A program made the translations under genes and the position numbers. A model generated the notes under the pieces. The model was not told the DNA's origin, made no database searches, and saw nothing but the letters and a program-made list of their open reading frames with translations. 64,000 nucleotides of DNA, from the NCBI GenBank assembly GCA_963555755.3, contig OY820905.2, forward strand, positions 1,920,001 through 1,984,000, given 5' to 3'. Source of the DNA: Nitrospirales bacterium. Lineage in GTDB: Bacteria; Nitrospirota; Nitrospiria; Nitrospirales; UBA8639. Below are positions 42,179-51,428 of this stretch, in pieces; within the stretch, counting starts at the first letter, position 1, and each line of letters opens with the position of its first letter.

Positions 42179-44756
42179 CAATGGCATTCGGTTTGGTTCG
42201 AACGAACAATCTGCCTTCTCTGTTATCAGCGGAACTGGTTGATTGATCAGGGCTTCTGAACCGAAGTCGCCCTGGTGTCCTTTTTCGCTTGACTTCTTTT
42301 CCGTCTTCTGAGAGACTATCCTCGATGAAGACTGTGGACACCTTACCCAAGACGACCTTTAGCGGGCGGCGGTTCACCCGCAAGCAGTTGGCGCAGGTCC
42401 AAGAAACCGTCCAGCTGTTCCCCCACCTGAGTCGGAAGGAATTGGCCCTCACCGTCTGTGAGCATCTCAGCTGGACCACGCCGACGGGCCACAACAAGAT
42501 TCATTCCTGTTTGACCTTGCTGACCGAGCTGGAAGCGCACGGGATCGTGACTCTGCCGGCCACGCGCCACAAGCGCGCGCCGGGACACCCCATCCCTGCG
42601 TTTCACGAGCCGCCCCCCACCGAGCCACTCACCGACACCCTCGCCGCCGTGGCCCCAATTACCCTGCACCGGGTGGTCTCGAAAGAGGAACGCGAGAGCT
42701 GGAAAGCCTACCTGCAGACCTATCATTATTTGGGCTATAAACACCCGATCGGGGCCCAGCTGGGCTATCTGGTGAGATCGGCCGCCCAGCCGTACCCGCT
42801 GGGCTGTCTGCTGTTTTCGGCCTCGGCCGCCTGGGCGCTGGCCCCCAGAGATCACTGGATTGGCTGGGACGTGACGCACCGGAGGAAGCTCCTGCCATTG
42901 GTGTTGCGCAATGATCGGTTTTTGATCTTTCCGTGGATTGACGTGCCGAATCTCGCCAGCCATGTGCTGGCGCGGGCCACCAAGCAGATCGGGGACGACT
43001 GGGTTGAAGTCTACGGTTATCGCCCGGTGCTGATTGAAACGTTCATCGATCCCTCCCGGTTTGCCGGGACCTGTTATCGAGCGGCCAATTGGCACTTCGT
43101 GGGCTACACCGAGGGGCGCGGGCGGTTTGGCTCAACGTCGGACCGTCCACCCACGACAAAAGAGATTTTTCTCTATCCGCTCCAACCCGACTGGCGCGCG
43201 TGCCTGACTGCCGGGCATCGAGCCGTCACGGTGAAGACACGCTATCGCAACGACGTGCGAGCCAGTCGCACACGGTCCGTCGGGGAAGGGTTTGTCGCCT
43301 GGTGGAAACAGGTGGTCCACATCCTCCACGACGTGGCGGCCCAGTACGATGACCAGTGGCGCGTCCGGAAACGGGTGATCGATTCCCTGATCCTGATGCT
43401 GTTGATCTTTCGGTTGGTGTCGTCAACCAACTCCCAAAGTTACGGCACCACCATTGATGACTTGTGGGACAGTTGCGACAACCTGGCGCTCGCGCTCCCG
43501 CAACCCCACAGCATCGCGCCGGCGTCCTTTTGTGTCGCACGTCGCAAACTGGACGAAGCCATTTTCCAGTCCGTCAACCGGAACATTCTGGACGCCTATG
43601 CCCCACACGACTCCAACGACACCTGGTTGGGCCATCGGGTGTTTGCCGTCGATGGCTCCAAGCTTACACTGCCCCGCGCGTTGCGGGCGTGTGGCTACCC
43701 CTTGCCCTCTGACAATGCACACTATCCTCAAGGGTTGCTGAGTTGCCTCTACCACCTCACGTCGCAAGTGCCCTGGGATTTCGACCTCGTCGCGCATGGC
43801 AACGAGCGACGGTGCGCCCTGCGGCACCTGGCTGTGCTGAAGCCCAACGATGTCGTGGTGTACGATCGAGGCTATTTCTCCTACGTCCTGCTGCATCAGC
43901 ACTGGACCGCCGGGATCCACGCCGTGTTTCGTCTCCAAGACAGCGGGTTCAAGGAGATTCAAGAGTTTTTTGCCGGCCCGGACACCGACACCACGGTCAC
44001 CCTCTTCCCCGCCGCACGCACGCAACGAGACATCCGGGCGGTCTATCCTGATCTCGCCATCATCCCGTTGAGCCTGCGGCTTCTGAAATATGAGATGGCC
44101 GGCAGCCGATTTTGCTTGGGCACCACCCTGGTCGGCCCCCAGCAGCGGTATCCGCTCCAGGAGTTCATGGATCTCTACCATGCCCGTTGGGGCATCGAGG
44201 AACTCTACAAGGTGAGCAAGCGCCTGTTCCTCATCGAGGAGTTTCATGCCAAAACCGAGCGCGGCGTCAAACAAGAGCTCTTCGCGCATTTCGTCCTGAT
44301 CACCATGAACCGGCTGTTCGCCAATCGGGCGGACCACGCACTCAATCCCGAAGCCCCCGCAGCTGAGCCCATGGCCCCTCCCGGATCGTCCATAGTTGGA
44401 ACCGGCACCGGGGCGAGGCGGACATTCAAGACCAACTTCAAACATTGCCTTCACGTGTTTGCGCGAAGCTTCGAAGATCTGCTCGTGCTCCATGCTCGGA
44501 TGCAGACCGCCGTCCAACGGGCCTTCGAGTCCATTGTGAGTCACTACCAACGGGTGAGGCCGGGCCGATCCTATCCTCGAACATCCATGAAACCGGAGTC
44601 CACGTGGCATCCACCCAAAAAGAACAGCCAGTCCAAGAACCCCACAGGGTCGATGGCCTCTATCTGAAAGTCCCTTAAGCACATGGAATCCGTTTCTTAA
44701 ACGAATGAGCCAAATCCTTAAACGAATGCCGCCCATTCCTTAAACGAATGCCATTG
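42179..44756 (+). mobile_element. IS4-family element
   Basis: TIR caatggcattcg / cgaatgccattg; 10-bp TSD ccctccgggt at 42169-42178 and 44757-44766; visibly higher GC. Confidence 0.93.
42325..44667 (+). CDS. DUF4338 (DruA-like)-IS4 DDE transposase fusion
   Basis: YHYLGY..RDHWIGW..RFLIFPW..NLAS..LIETFID..GTCYRAANW, then AVDGS, YDRGY, YHARWGIEELYK. Confidence 0.9.
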   Translation: MKTVDTLPKTTFSGRRFTRKQLAQVQETVQLFPHLSRKELALTVCEHLSWTTPTGHNKIHSCLTLLTELEAHGIVTLPATRHKRAPGHPIPAFHEPPPTEPLTDTLAAVAPITLHRVVSKEERESWKAYLQTYHYLGYKHPIGAQLGYLVRSAAQPYPLGCLLFSASAAWALAPRDHWIGWDVTHRRKLLPLVLRNDRFLIFPWIDVPNLASHVLARATKQIGDDWVEVYGYRPVLIETFIDPSRFAGTCYRAANWHFVGYTEGRGRFGSTSDRPPTTKEIFLYPLQPDWRACLTAGHRAVTVKTRYRNDVRASRTRSVGEGFVAWWKQVVHILHDVAAQYDDQWRVRKRVIDSLILMLLIFRLVSSTNSQSYGTTIDDLWDSCDNLALALPQPHSIAPASFCVARRKLDEAIFQSVNRNILDAYAPHDSNDTWLGHRVFAVDGSKLTLPRALRACGYPLPSDNAHYPQGLLSCLYHLTSQVPWDFDLVAHGNERRCALRHLAVLKPNDVVVYDRGYFSYVLLHQHWTAGIHAVFRLQDSGFKEIQEFFAGPDTDTTVTLFPAARTQRDIRAVYPDLAIIPLSLRLLKYEMAGSRFCLGTTLVGPQQRYPLQEFMDLYHARWGIEELYKVSKRLFLIEEFHAKTERGVKQELFAHFVLITMNRLFANRADHALNPEAPAAEPMAPPGSSIVGTGTGARRTFKTNFKHCLHVFARSFEDLLVLHARMQTAVQRAFESIVSHYQRVRPGRSYPRTSMKPESTWHPPKKNSQSKNPTGSMASI

Positions 44757-44913
44757 CCCTCCGGGTCCCTCCGCCTCCGCCCGGAATAAGATGGCGAGGG
44801 AACTCGCTCCGCTCAAACAGCCCTCGCCGAGAGGCCGATTCGGGGCTGCGGCTCCGCCGCACCCAACGCGGAGCCCCAAGAACGAAGCAGGAATTGAAGG
44901 AGCAACCTTTGAT

Positions 44914-45050
44914 TGTCATTTCGAGCGAAACGAGAAATCTCTCCCCATTGCCGAACGAGAGATTTCTCCCAAGAATCGAAATGGCAAAGGAGGGGTTTAA
45001 ATGACAGAGGGAAAAACCTGGATTCCCGATTACTACTGTCGAGAATGACA
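44914..45050. repeat. REP-like palindromes (TGTCATTTCGA..GAGAAATCT; CTGGATTCCCG..GAATGAC)
   Basis: Same families as 5433 and 56118. Confidence 0.7.
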
Positions 45051-45121
45051 GAAAAGATTAACAGGCCTCGACTTAACAAACCTTTTTCACGCATTCAAAA
45101 TATAGAAATGTCCCTTCTCTG

Positions 45122-45500
45122 CCGCCTTCGTGCGCGGCGGAGCCGGAGCACCGAATCGACTTTTTGGCGAAGGCTGTTTGAGCGGAGCGAGTTCCTGAGC
45201 CATCTTAGGGTTCGCGCAAGAACAACTTCCCCTGTTTGGATGTCGATCCATCCTGTCTGGCGGCGTTGCTCGTCCTTTCCATACGAGGAGTATGCGCAAT
45301 CCTCTCGCCTTGCCAAACAGGCGTCTCACCACCCAAACAGGGGAAGTTGTTCTTGCGCGAACCCTGATTCGGTGCGGAGGCGGAGGCATCCCGGAGAGCC
45401 TGCTTCGGAGCAGGGTCGGAGGGACCGCGAACGGGCGAAAATGGTTTTGGGCACTTTTGCCGAAACAAAAGGGACTCGTCGCGCGGGGACGACACCCCGC
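45122..45500. repeat. Repeat family C (reverse) with nested MITE D (45208-45364)
   Basis: D TIR gggttcgcgcaagaacaacttcccctgtttgg. Confidence 0.85.
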
Positions 45501-45510
45501 TATTAATAAA

Positions 45511-45987
45511 TCACTCCTCTACCCAAGACACTGGGTCACCAACAAGGATCTCCCCATCATCCAAGACCTCACCAAACGCGCCACCGGCCCAAGATTCCGC
45601 CATGGCCTGTTGCAAGCCAGGCAAAGTCTCCTCCATCCGTTCACAGGGTTTCGTCTCGCCTAACATCCTGATTCGGCACCGTCCGATCAAAAGAATTTGC
45701 TTGCGGCATTGAGTGAGACTCAGGCCACTGATCAACAAATTGGCACGCCGAGCAGACGGAGATAAAGGACCTTGCACTTCACGCATCAATCGATCCCACA
45801 CCTCACGCTCAATGATGGTGACCTGACGCCGACCCCCTTGGTTCGCATTCCCCACCAAACCAGCATCTCGTTCCAGCGTGGCATGTTCCACCGAATCCAT
45901 GGGCCCACGCTTCATTCGCTTGATCCAGATGGCTTCAAGTTTTCCCGATAGTGGTTGGACTTGTTCACCTGAAAAAAGATCCAACAC
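45511..45987 (-). CDS. MOSC domain protein
   Basis: GLVGN..RQVTII..RRANLL..TKPCERM..G.I.VGD.V. Confidence 0.9.
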   Translation of the reverse strand: MLDLFSGEQVQPLSGKLEAIWIKRMKRGPMDSVEHATLERDAGLVGNANQGGRRQVTIIEREVWDRLMREVQGPLSPSARRANLLISGLSLTQCRKQILLIGRCRIRMLGETKPCERMEETLPGLQQAMAESWAGGAFGEVLDDGEILVGDPVSWVEE

Positions 45988-46085
45988 GCACCTCCGATCT
46001 CACTTGATTTTATTCATAGCCTATTCAATCATTGCACTCCAATAGTCAATCAAAGTTCCCAATAAGCCACGCATCGTCAAGGGGA

Positions 46086-46232
46086 GGGAATGTTCAGAAA
46101 AGCATGCCCTGAGTCTTTCCGAAGGGTCTCGTCCAGCAAGGCCGCAGCCCTTTTGACGCGCGGAGCGTACTCTCAGTACGTGAGCACGGCAAAAGGGCGA
46201 GAACGCCGCTGGCGGCTTTTTTCAACATTCCC
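46086..46232. mobile_element. MITE family A with empty IS110 target (46102-46115)
   Basis: gggaatgttcagaaa-agcatgccctgagtctttccgaaggg ... ttttttcaacattccc. Confidence 0.88.
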
Positions 46233-46383
46233 ATTCACGCGAATCCCACTGAGGGTGTCCCAGCGGGGTTATGTCTACATTTCTCACAGAATTTTTGACT
46301 CAACCCAACTTGGAGTTCTATATTGTCTTATGAGAACCGATCACAGGCAGGGACACTGTATCGCAGATCAGGCACGGAGGGAA

Positions 46384-46914
46384 ATGGTGAGTCGCGCAAG
46401 AACATGGATACTCGCCACGGCATGTGCTATGGGCAGTCTCGTCTTCCCAGCCACTGTCGTGAGAGCCGAACACCCCACGCTCACTGATACCCCCTTTGAA
46501 CAAATGAAAACCCTCATCGGCACATGGCAAGGTACCAGAAAAGCCTATGATGGTGAGGAAACCATCACCGCACGATATGTATTGACGGCAAAAGACAGTG
46601 CCGTGATGGAGAAATTATTTCCAGGCACCTCAAAAGAAATGCTGTCGATATATACACAAGAGGGCCACACTCTGGTGATGACGCATTATTGCATGCTCGG
46701 CAATCAGCCTCGAATGAAAACCCATGGGCAGACCCCATCAGACACCATTACCTTGACCTACTTTGATGGGACCGGCATGCGGTCCATGGATGATATGCAC
46801 ATGCATGAACTGACCATCACCTTCATGGATGAAAATCATATGACTCACCATTGGACCCTGTTCGACAAAGGGCAAAAAAAAGTGGCCCACACCTTCATGT
46901 TCATTAGGCAATAA
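46384..46914 (+). CDS. Hypothetical secreted beta-barrel protein
   Basis: GGAGG RBS, signal peptide, FEQMKTLIGTWQG..MTHYCMLGNQPRM..HMH. Confidence 0.75.
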   Translation: MVSRARTWILATACAMGSLVFPATVVRAEHPTLTDTPFEQMKTLIGTWQGTRKAYDGEETITARYVLTAKDSAVMEKLFPGTSKEMLSIYTQEGHTLVMTHYCMLGNQPRMKTHGQTPSDTITLTYFDGTGMRSMDDMHMHELTITFMDENHMTHHWTLFDKGQKKVAHTFMFIRQ

Positions 46915-47018
46915 TTCAGAAAGCTTGATCATTCACTCCCTCTCAATCAACCCAATAACCGTTCACCGTCCTTCTCCATTTAGGACTTCTCTATTCAACA
47001 CATGGCTCTGGCCCACTG

Positions 47019-47825
47019 ATGAAAACCGAACTTGAAGTTGCCTTGGAAGCTGTCCACCGCGCGGGAACACGTGTCTTACAACTTGCCGACCAAGGATTCG
47101 AGACACATCGAAAAGCTGATCACTCGCCCGTAACATCAGCCGACCTTGCCGCCAATGACATCCTTCGGGAAACCCTGATGAACCGCTTCCCCAACGATGG
47201 CTGGATGTCCGAAGAAAGTCCCGATACGCCGGAACGTCTCAACACATCTCGTGTATGGATCATCGATCCCATCGATGGCACTTCGTACTTTATAAAAGGT
47301 GTGCCGCAATATTCCATTTCCGTTGCCTTGGTGGAAGACCATCAACCGATTCTCGGGGTCGTGTACAATCCAGCCACGGAGGAATTATTTTCGGCTGAAA
47401 AAGGAAAAGGGTTATACTTGAATGGGAAACCAGTCGAAGTCGATCAATCGGTCAGCGAACGTTTAACGATCCTCGTCAACCCTTCTCGTTTGGACCGTCA
47501 CGAGTTCACCATTTTCAAAGATCTCGCCACCCTTCAACCGATGGGATCTATCGCCTATAGTTTAGCACTCGTTGCTGCGGGGCAAGCCGATGGTACAATC
47601 AATTTTGACCCATTACACGAATGGGATATCGCGGCAGGCTGGTTGTTAGTCCACGAAGGCAAGGGCATGGCAACAGACTCTACGGGAAACCCCCTCCGAT
47701 TCAATCAACCCGACCCCATTTCTCGCGGAATCCTTGCGGCGCGGTCCGGCGCAGGAGAACCCTTTGACGCACTAGTTGCAAGACGTCTAAAAACCCAGCC
47801 TGAATCCCCCCCTACAAGGAAATAG
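47019..47825 (+). CDS. Inositol monophosphatase / CysQ family phosphatase
   Basis: SPVTSAD, SEE, WIIDPIDGT, EWDIAAG. Confidence 0.9.
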   Translation: MKTELEVALEAVHRAGTRVLQLADQGFETHRKADHSPVTSADLAANDILRETLMNRFPNDGWMSEESPDTPERLNTSRVWIIDPIDGTSYFIKGVPQYSISVALVEDHQPILGVVYNPATEELFSAEKGKGLYLNGKPVEVDQSVSERLTILVNPSRLDRHEFTIFKDLATLQPMGSIAYSLALVAAGQADGTINFDPLHEWDIAAGWLLVHEGKGMATDSTGNPLRFNQPDPISRGILAARSGAGEPFDALVARRLKTQPESPPTRK

Positions 47826-48318
47826 ATTCAACAAGAGACCAGTCCCGCAGATGAAGGGATTCGGCTCGAATGAGTTTCAATTCATTCGCAAGAAATGTTT
47901 TGGGAAAATCAACAGGGAGGGAAGCGATGACCTCTCGCTTCGCAGTTTCGGGAAAGAGGCCATACAGCAAACTAACATGTGGACGAAAGGGTGACACAGG
48001 CGTTTTGCCGAAGATCAATTTTGCCTCCTCATGCGCGTCACGAATTTCTGGCGTGTCTTTCACGGTGAAATACACACAGCGAAAATATTCGTCTTCATAG
48101 GTAGGTTGTTGGAGGTGAACCACAAAAGGAGTGAGCCTTTTTGCCAACTCAATGACTTGTTCAGAGAGAATGGATTCCTCTCCTTCGAGTTCTCCCAAGA
48201 GCGTGATATGGGGTTCAAATTTTGGTCCTCGATACTGATCGCTTAAAGTATTGATAAGGTTGGCAAGGCGATTACGGGAATCTCCATTTGGCGTGAGCCA
48301 CAAATGGTACTGAGTCAT
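47812..48318 (-). CDS. 2H-fold cyclic nucleotide phosphodiesterase
   Basis: Two HxT/S motifs: FEPHITL and FRPHVSLLYG. Confidence 0.85.
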   Translation of the reverse strand: MTQYHLWLTPNGDSRNRLANLINTLSDQYRGPKFEPHITLLGELEGEESILSEQVIELAKRLTPFVVHLQQPTYEDEYFRCVYFTVKDTPEIRDAHEEAKLIFGKTPVSPFRPHVSLLYGLFPETAKREVIASLPVDFPKTFLANELKLIRAESLHLRDWSLVESISL

Positions 48319-48998
48319 TCTTCTTGCTCTCCTAACGCTTCAATACACCGAGGGTCGTCAAATCGTGCGTTATTGACTAAACGACTCACCGGATTCGCCA
48401 CCATTTCTTCAGCCGGATAGGACACGAGAAGGGTTGCCAGCCGCACCACATCTTGTTGGTCCGGATCGAGCCAATCATCATACGCATCCGGATTCAAAAT
48501 AACCGGCATGCGGTTATGAATAGGCGCCATCAACGCATTGGGTTCGGTCGTCAACAGGGCACATGTTTCAATCGTTTTTCCATCAGCACTCGCCCAATGA
48601 TCCCACAGACCGGCAAAGGCAAACGGCCTTTCGCTTTTCAAGCGAATATAGTACGGCTGTTTGACTCGGCCCTCCTTCTGCCATTCATAAAAGCCATCCG
48701 CCAGCACCAGGCATCGCCGCTGTTTGAACGACTTCCGAAATGATGGCTTCTCTGCAACGGTCTCTGCCCGAGCATTAATCAACTTCATCCCAATGGCGGG
48801 ATCTTTGGCCCAAGATGGAATGAGTCCCCAGCGTAATATGCTTCCTTCGCGCGTTGTCGAACCAGATGTTATTCTTACACAGGCCACGAGTTGCGATGGT
48901 GCAATATTGTATCGAGGTTTAAGGTCCGATAATTCCTCAAAGTGGAATTGATCAGCCACGACATCAGGTGTAGTTTTTAACGTGTACCGCCCGCACAT
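48315..48998 (-). CDS. SOS response-associated peptidase (SRAP/YedK)
   Basis: MCGR, RYNIAP, WGLIP, INARAET, GFYEW, IHNRMP. Confidence 0.95.
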   Translation of the reverse strand: MCGRYTLKTTPDVVADQFHFEELSDLKPRYNIAPSQLVACVRITSGSTTREGSILRWGLIPSWAKDPAIGMKLINARAETVAEKPSFRKSFKQRRCLVLADGFYEWQKEGRVKQPYYIRLKSERPFAFAGLWDHWASADGKTIETCALLTTEPNALMAPIHNRMPVILNPDAYDDWLDPDQQDVVRLATLLVSYPAEEMVANPVSRLVNNARFDDPRCIEALGEQEE

Positions 48999-49099
48999 AG
49001 GATAAACTTGCTCCTGTCATTCTCCATCAATATGTAATGGATTCACCCCGAAAAGGACTCTAAAAAAGAACGGCGGCAATCTCAAGAAGAAATGGAGAC

Positions 49100-49663
49100 A
49101 TGCTTATGAATAGATCATTCCCTTCCCTCAATCGGCAACATGTCATGGTGGCCTGTCTTATTGGGTTTTTTCTATTCATTTGGGTGCCATCTTATCTCCA
49201 CGCCCAAACCGGCATCCCTGCCCCAGACATCTCCAACGAAGTCTGGCTCAATTCCACACCACAACAAAAAATGAAGGATTTACGCGGCAAGGTTGTCATA
49301 GTCGAGTTTTGGACCTTCGGGTGCTACAACTGCCGCAACATCGAACCCTACGTCAAAGAGTGGCATGCCAAGTACGCGGACCAAGGCTTGGTCGTCATTG
49401 CCATTCATTCGCCGGAGTTTAGCTTCGAGCGATCCATCAACAGCGTCAAGGAATATATCGACGAGCATGAGATTCAGTATGCCGTGCCGATTGATAATGG
49501 GTTTGAAACCTGGAGGAACTATCGGAATCGCTATTGGCCTACACTGTACCTCATCGACAAACAGGGAGTCATTCAATATGTCAAAATTGGCGAAGGTGGG
49601 TATCCGGAAACGGATCGACAGATCCGCCGGCTCCTGGCAGAAAACGATTCGCCGTCATCCTGA
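49100..49663 (+). CDS. Exported redoxin (DipZ-like thioredoxin domain)
   Basis: WLNS, FWTFGCYNC, HSPEF, NRYWP. Confidence 0.88.
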   Translation: MLMNRSFPSLNRQHVMVACLIGFFLFIWVPSYLHAQTGIPAPDISNEVWLNSTPQQKMKDLRGKVVIVEFWTFGCYNCRNIEPYVKEWHAKYADQGLVVIAIHSPEFSFERSINSVKEYIDEHEIQYAVPIDNGFETWRNYRNRYWPTLYLIDKQGVIQYVKIGEGGYPETDRQIRRLLAENDSPSS

Positions 49664-49717
49664 TGGACGAAGTCGCTCATGTCTCGGGCCAAGACAACCC
49701 AATATATTCCATTCGCA

Positions 49718-50941
49718 TCACTCATCACGTTTCACTTTCGAAAGAAGAGTCGCCGGCTGAATGGCTTGATCACCGAAACGGGATCGGATCGCATCCACCG
49801 CTTTCGTGACTTGGGCTTTGGGTTCCTCAGCTGAAGAAAACAGTGCCAATTGGCGAGAGCCCTCGGGCTTGAGAAAATTGGACCCCGCAACCCCTAATAA
49901 CCGGGCTTTCTCATTGGCGCAGGGCAGACGAGCGAGTAACGTGAGCGCCACGTGATACATAATCGAATCCTGGTCCGTTGGTTCCTGAAGAGTGATCGAA
50001 CGAGTGTAGGTCTGAAATTTCGAGGTGCGGAATTTCAATGTCAGAGTTTTGGCTTGCACACCCGCTGTCCGCAAACGACTCCCTACCCGTTTCGCTAATT
50101 CCAAGATGGTTTTGTGAATCATCTGAATCTCTGACGTATCGTTTTCAAACGTCGTTTCCGCACCAATGGATTTTTCCGGTTTCTCTGGTGCCACCTCGCG
50201 AGCATCAACCCCATTCGCCAATTCCCACAGATGCTTTCCTTGTTTTCCTAACCACGTCGAAAGGTCTGCACAGGATGCCTCGGCCAATTGCCCAATGGTC
50301 TCATACCCGCGACGACGAAGCAGATTCGCCGTCTTCGGACCGGCCCCCCACAACCGTGTAATCGGCAGGTCATGAAGAAACGCGCGCGCCGTGCCATCAG
50401 GCACGATGACGAACCCTTGAGGTTTCTGAAGATCCGATGCCACCTTCGCGACAAATTTCGTGGTCGCCACACCGACCGAGGCATTCAAATGCACTTCCTC
50501 CCAAATGTCTCGTTGAATTTGTGCACCAATGGCTTGCGGAGTGCCAAATAGACGAAGGCTTCCTGTCACATCAAGAAACGCCTCATCCATACTCAACGGT
50601 TCAACCAAATCCGTATAGCGGCGAAAAATGGAAAAAATGTGCGAGGACACTTCTTGATACCGCGCCATCCGAACAGCCAGGAAAATGCCGTGAGAACACC
50701 GACGATACGCCTGCCCAATGGGCAAGGCCGAATGAATACCAAACTCCCGCGCCTCATACGAAGCCGCAGACACCACACCCCGCCCCTTGCCCTCCTTGGG
50801 ATCCGCACCGACAATCACCGGCTTCCCACGAAATTCTGGATGATCACGCTGCTCCACGGATGCATAAAACGCATCCATATCCACATGGATAACCCAGTGA
50901 GTCGGCTGTTCAGTATGAGGGCCTTGTTCCATGACACGCAT
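49718..50941 (-). CDS. dinB: DNA polymerase IV
   Basis: HVDMDAFYASVE, SYEAR, SMDEAFLD, AKVASD..KP.G. Confidence 0.95.
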   Translation of the reverse strand: MRVMEQGPHTEQPTHWVIHVDMDAFYASVEQRDHPEFRGKPVIVGADPKEGKGRGVVSAASYEAREFGIHSALPIGQAYRRCSHGIFLAVRMARYQEVSSHIFSIFRRYTDLVEPLSMDEAFLDVTGSLRLFGTPQAIGAQIQRDIWEEVHLNASVGVATTKFVAKVASDLQKPQGFVIVPDGTARAFLHDLPITRLWGAGPKTANLLRRRGYETIGQLAEASCADLSTWLGKQGKHLWELANGVDAREVAPEKPEKSIGAETTFENDTSEIQMIHKTILELAKRVGSRLRTAGVQAKTLTLKFRTSKFQTYTRSITLQEPTDQDSIMYHVALTLLARLPCANEKARLLGVAGSNFLKPEGSRQLALFSSAEEPKAQVTKAVDAIRSRFGDQAIQPATLLSKVKRDE

Positions 50942-51006
50942 TGTAGGCTCAGGAGAGAAAAACCAAAAGAGGGGAGCAATCGATGAGGAAAACTAATCAA
51001 CCCTTA

Positions 51007-51185
51007 GGGCCTGTTAAAAGATAACCTGCACAAAATCGCCCCTGGATTTGGGTCGATTTGGACGTAACGATTGAGAAAAAGCCGAGACATTGCACCGCCA
51101 TGTTGAGGCTTTTTCGATTGAGGCGCGTTCAAAGGTGACCCGAAGATGGGATGGGATTTTGTCCAGGTTATTTTTTAACAGGCCC
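51007..51185. mobile_element. MITE family B (TIR GGGCCTGTTAAAA.ATAACCTG), TTA duplication
   Basis: TIRs with TTA on both sides; copies at 30650 and 58986. Confidence 0.9.
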
Positions 51186-51428
51186 TTAGTTGGAACTGGG
51201 TGGCTCAGGGAAGAGCCGCCATTCGACTATTGACCGGCGGGATAATTCCTGGCGTTTCTGTAGTTTGAGATGAAATTGCCAAGCATAAAATTCCTGATTT
51301 TCCTGGAAGGTCTCCAGGAACTTACTTTCATGCTTGAAATCGTTTTTGACAGTCGCAATGGGAGTCTTCGGAACCATGACTCATTATAGCACATCCTTCC
51401 TCATTCATCAGCCCCTTAACCGCATTCT

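Larger units (their letters stand above)
42094..44871. repeat. Repeat family C copy split by IS4
   Basis: Halves 42094-42178 and 44757-44871 reconstitute the 41023 repeat. Confidence 0.85.

Noticed and set aside
43423..44736. 437-aa antisense ORF within IS4
   Set aside because: Antisense to a GC-rich transposase, with no recognisable motifs.
44668..44756. Mini-CRISPR array
   Set aside because: Repeats are about 12 bp with ~10-bp spacers, sit within an IS end, and no cas genes are present.
51186..51377. 63-aa ORF between MITE B and ISAs1
   Set aside because: No motifs, and its stop coincides with the MITE target duplication; unsupported.
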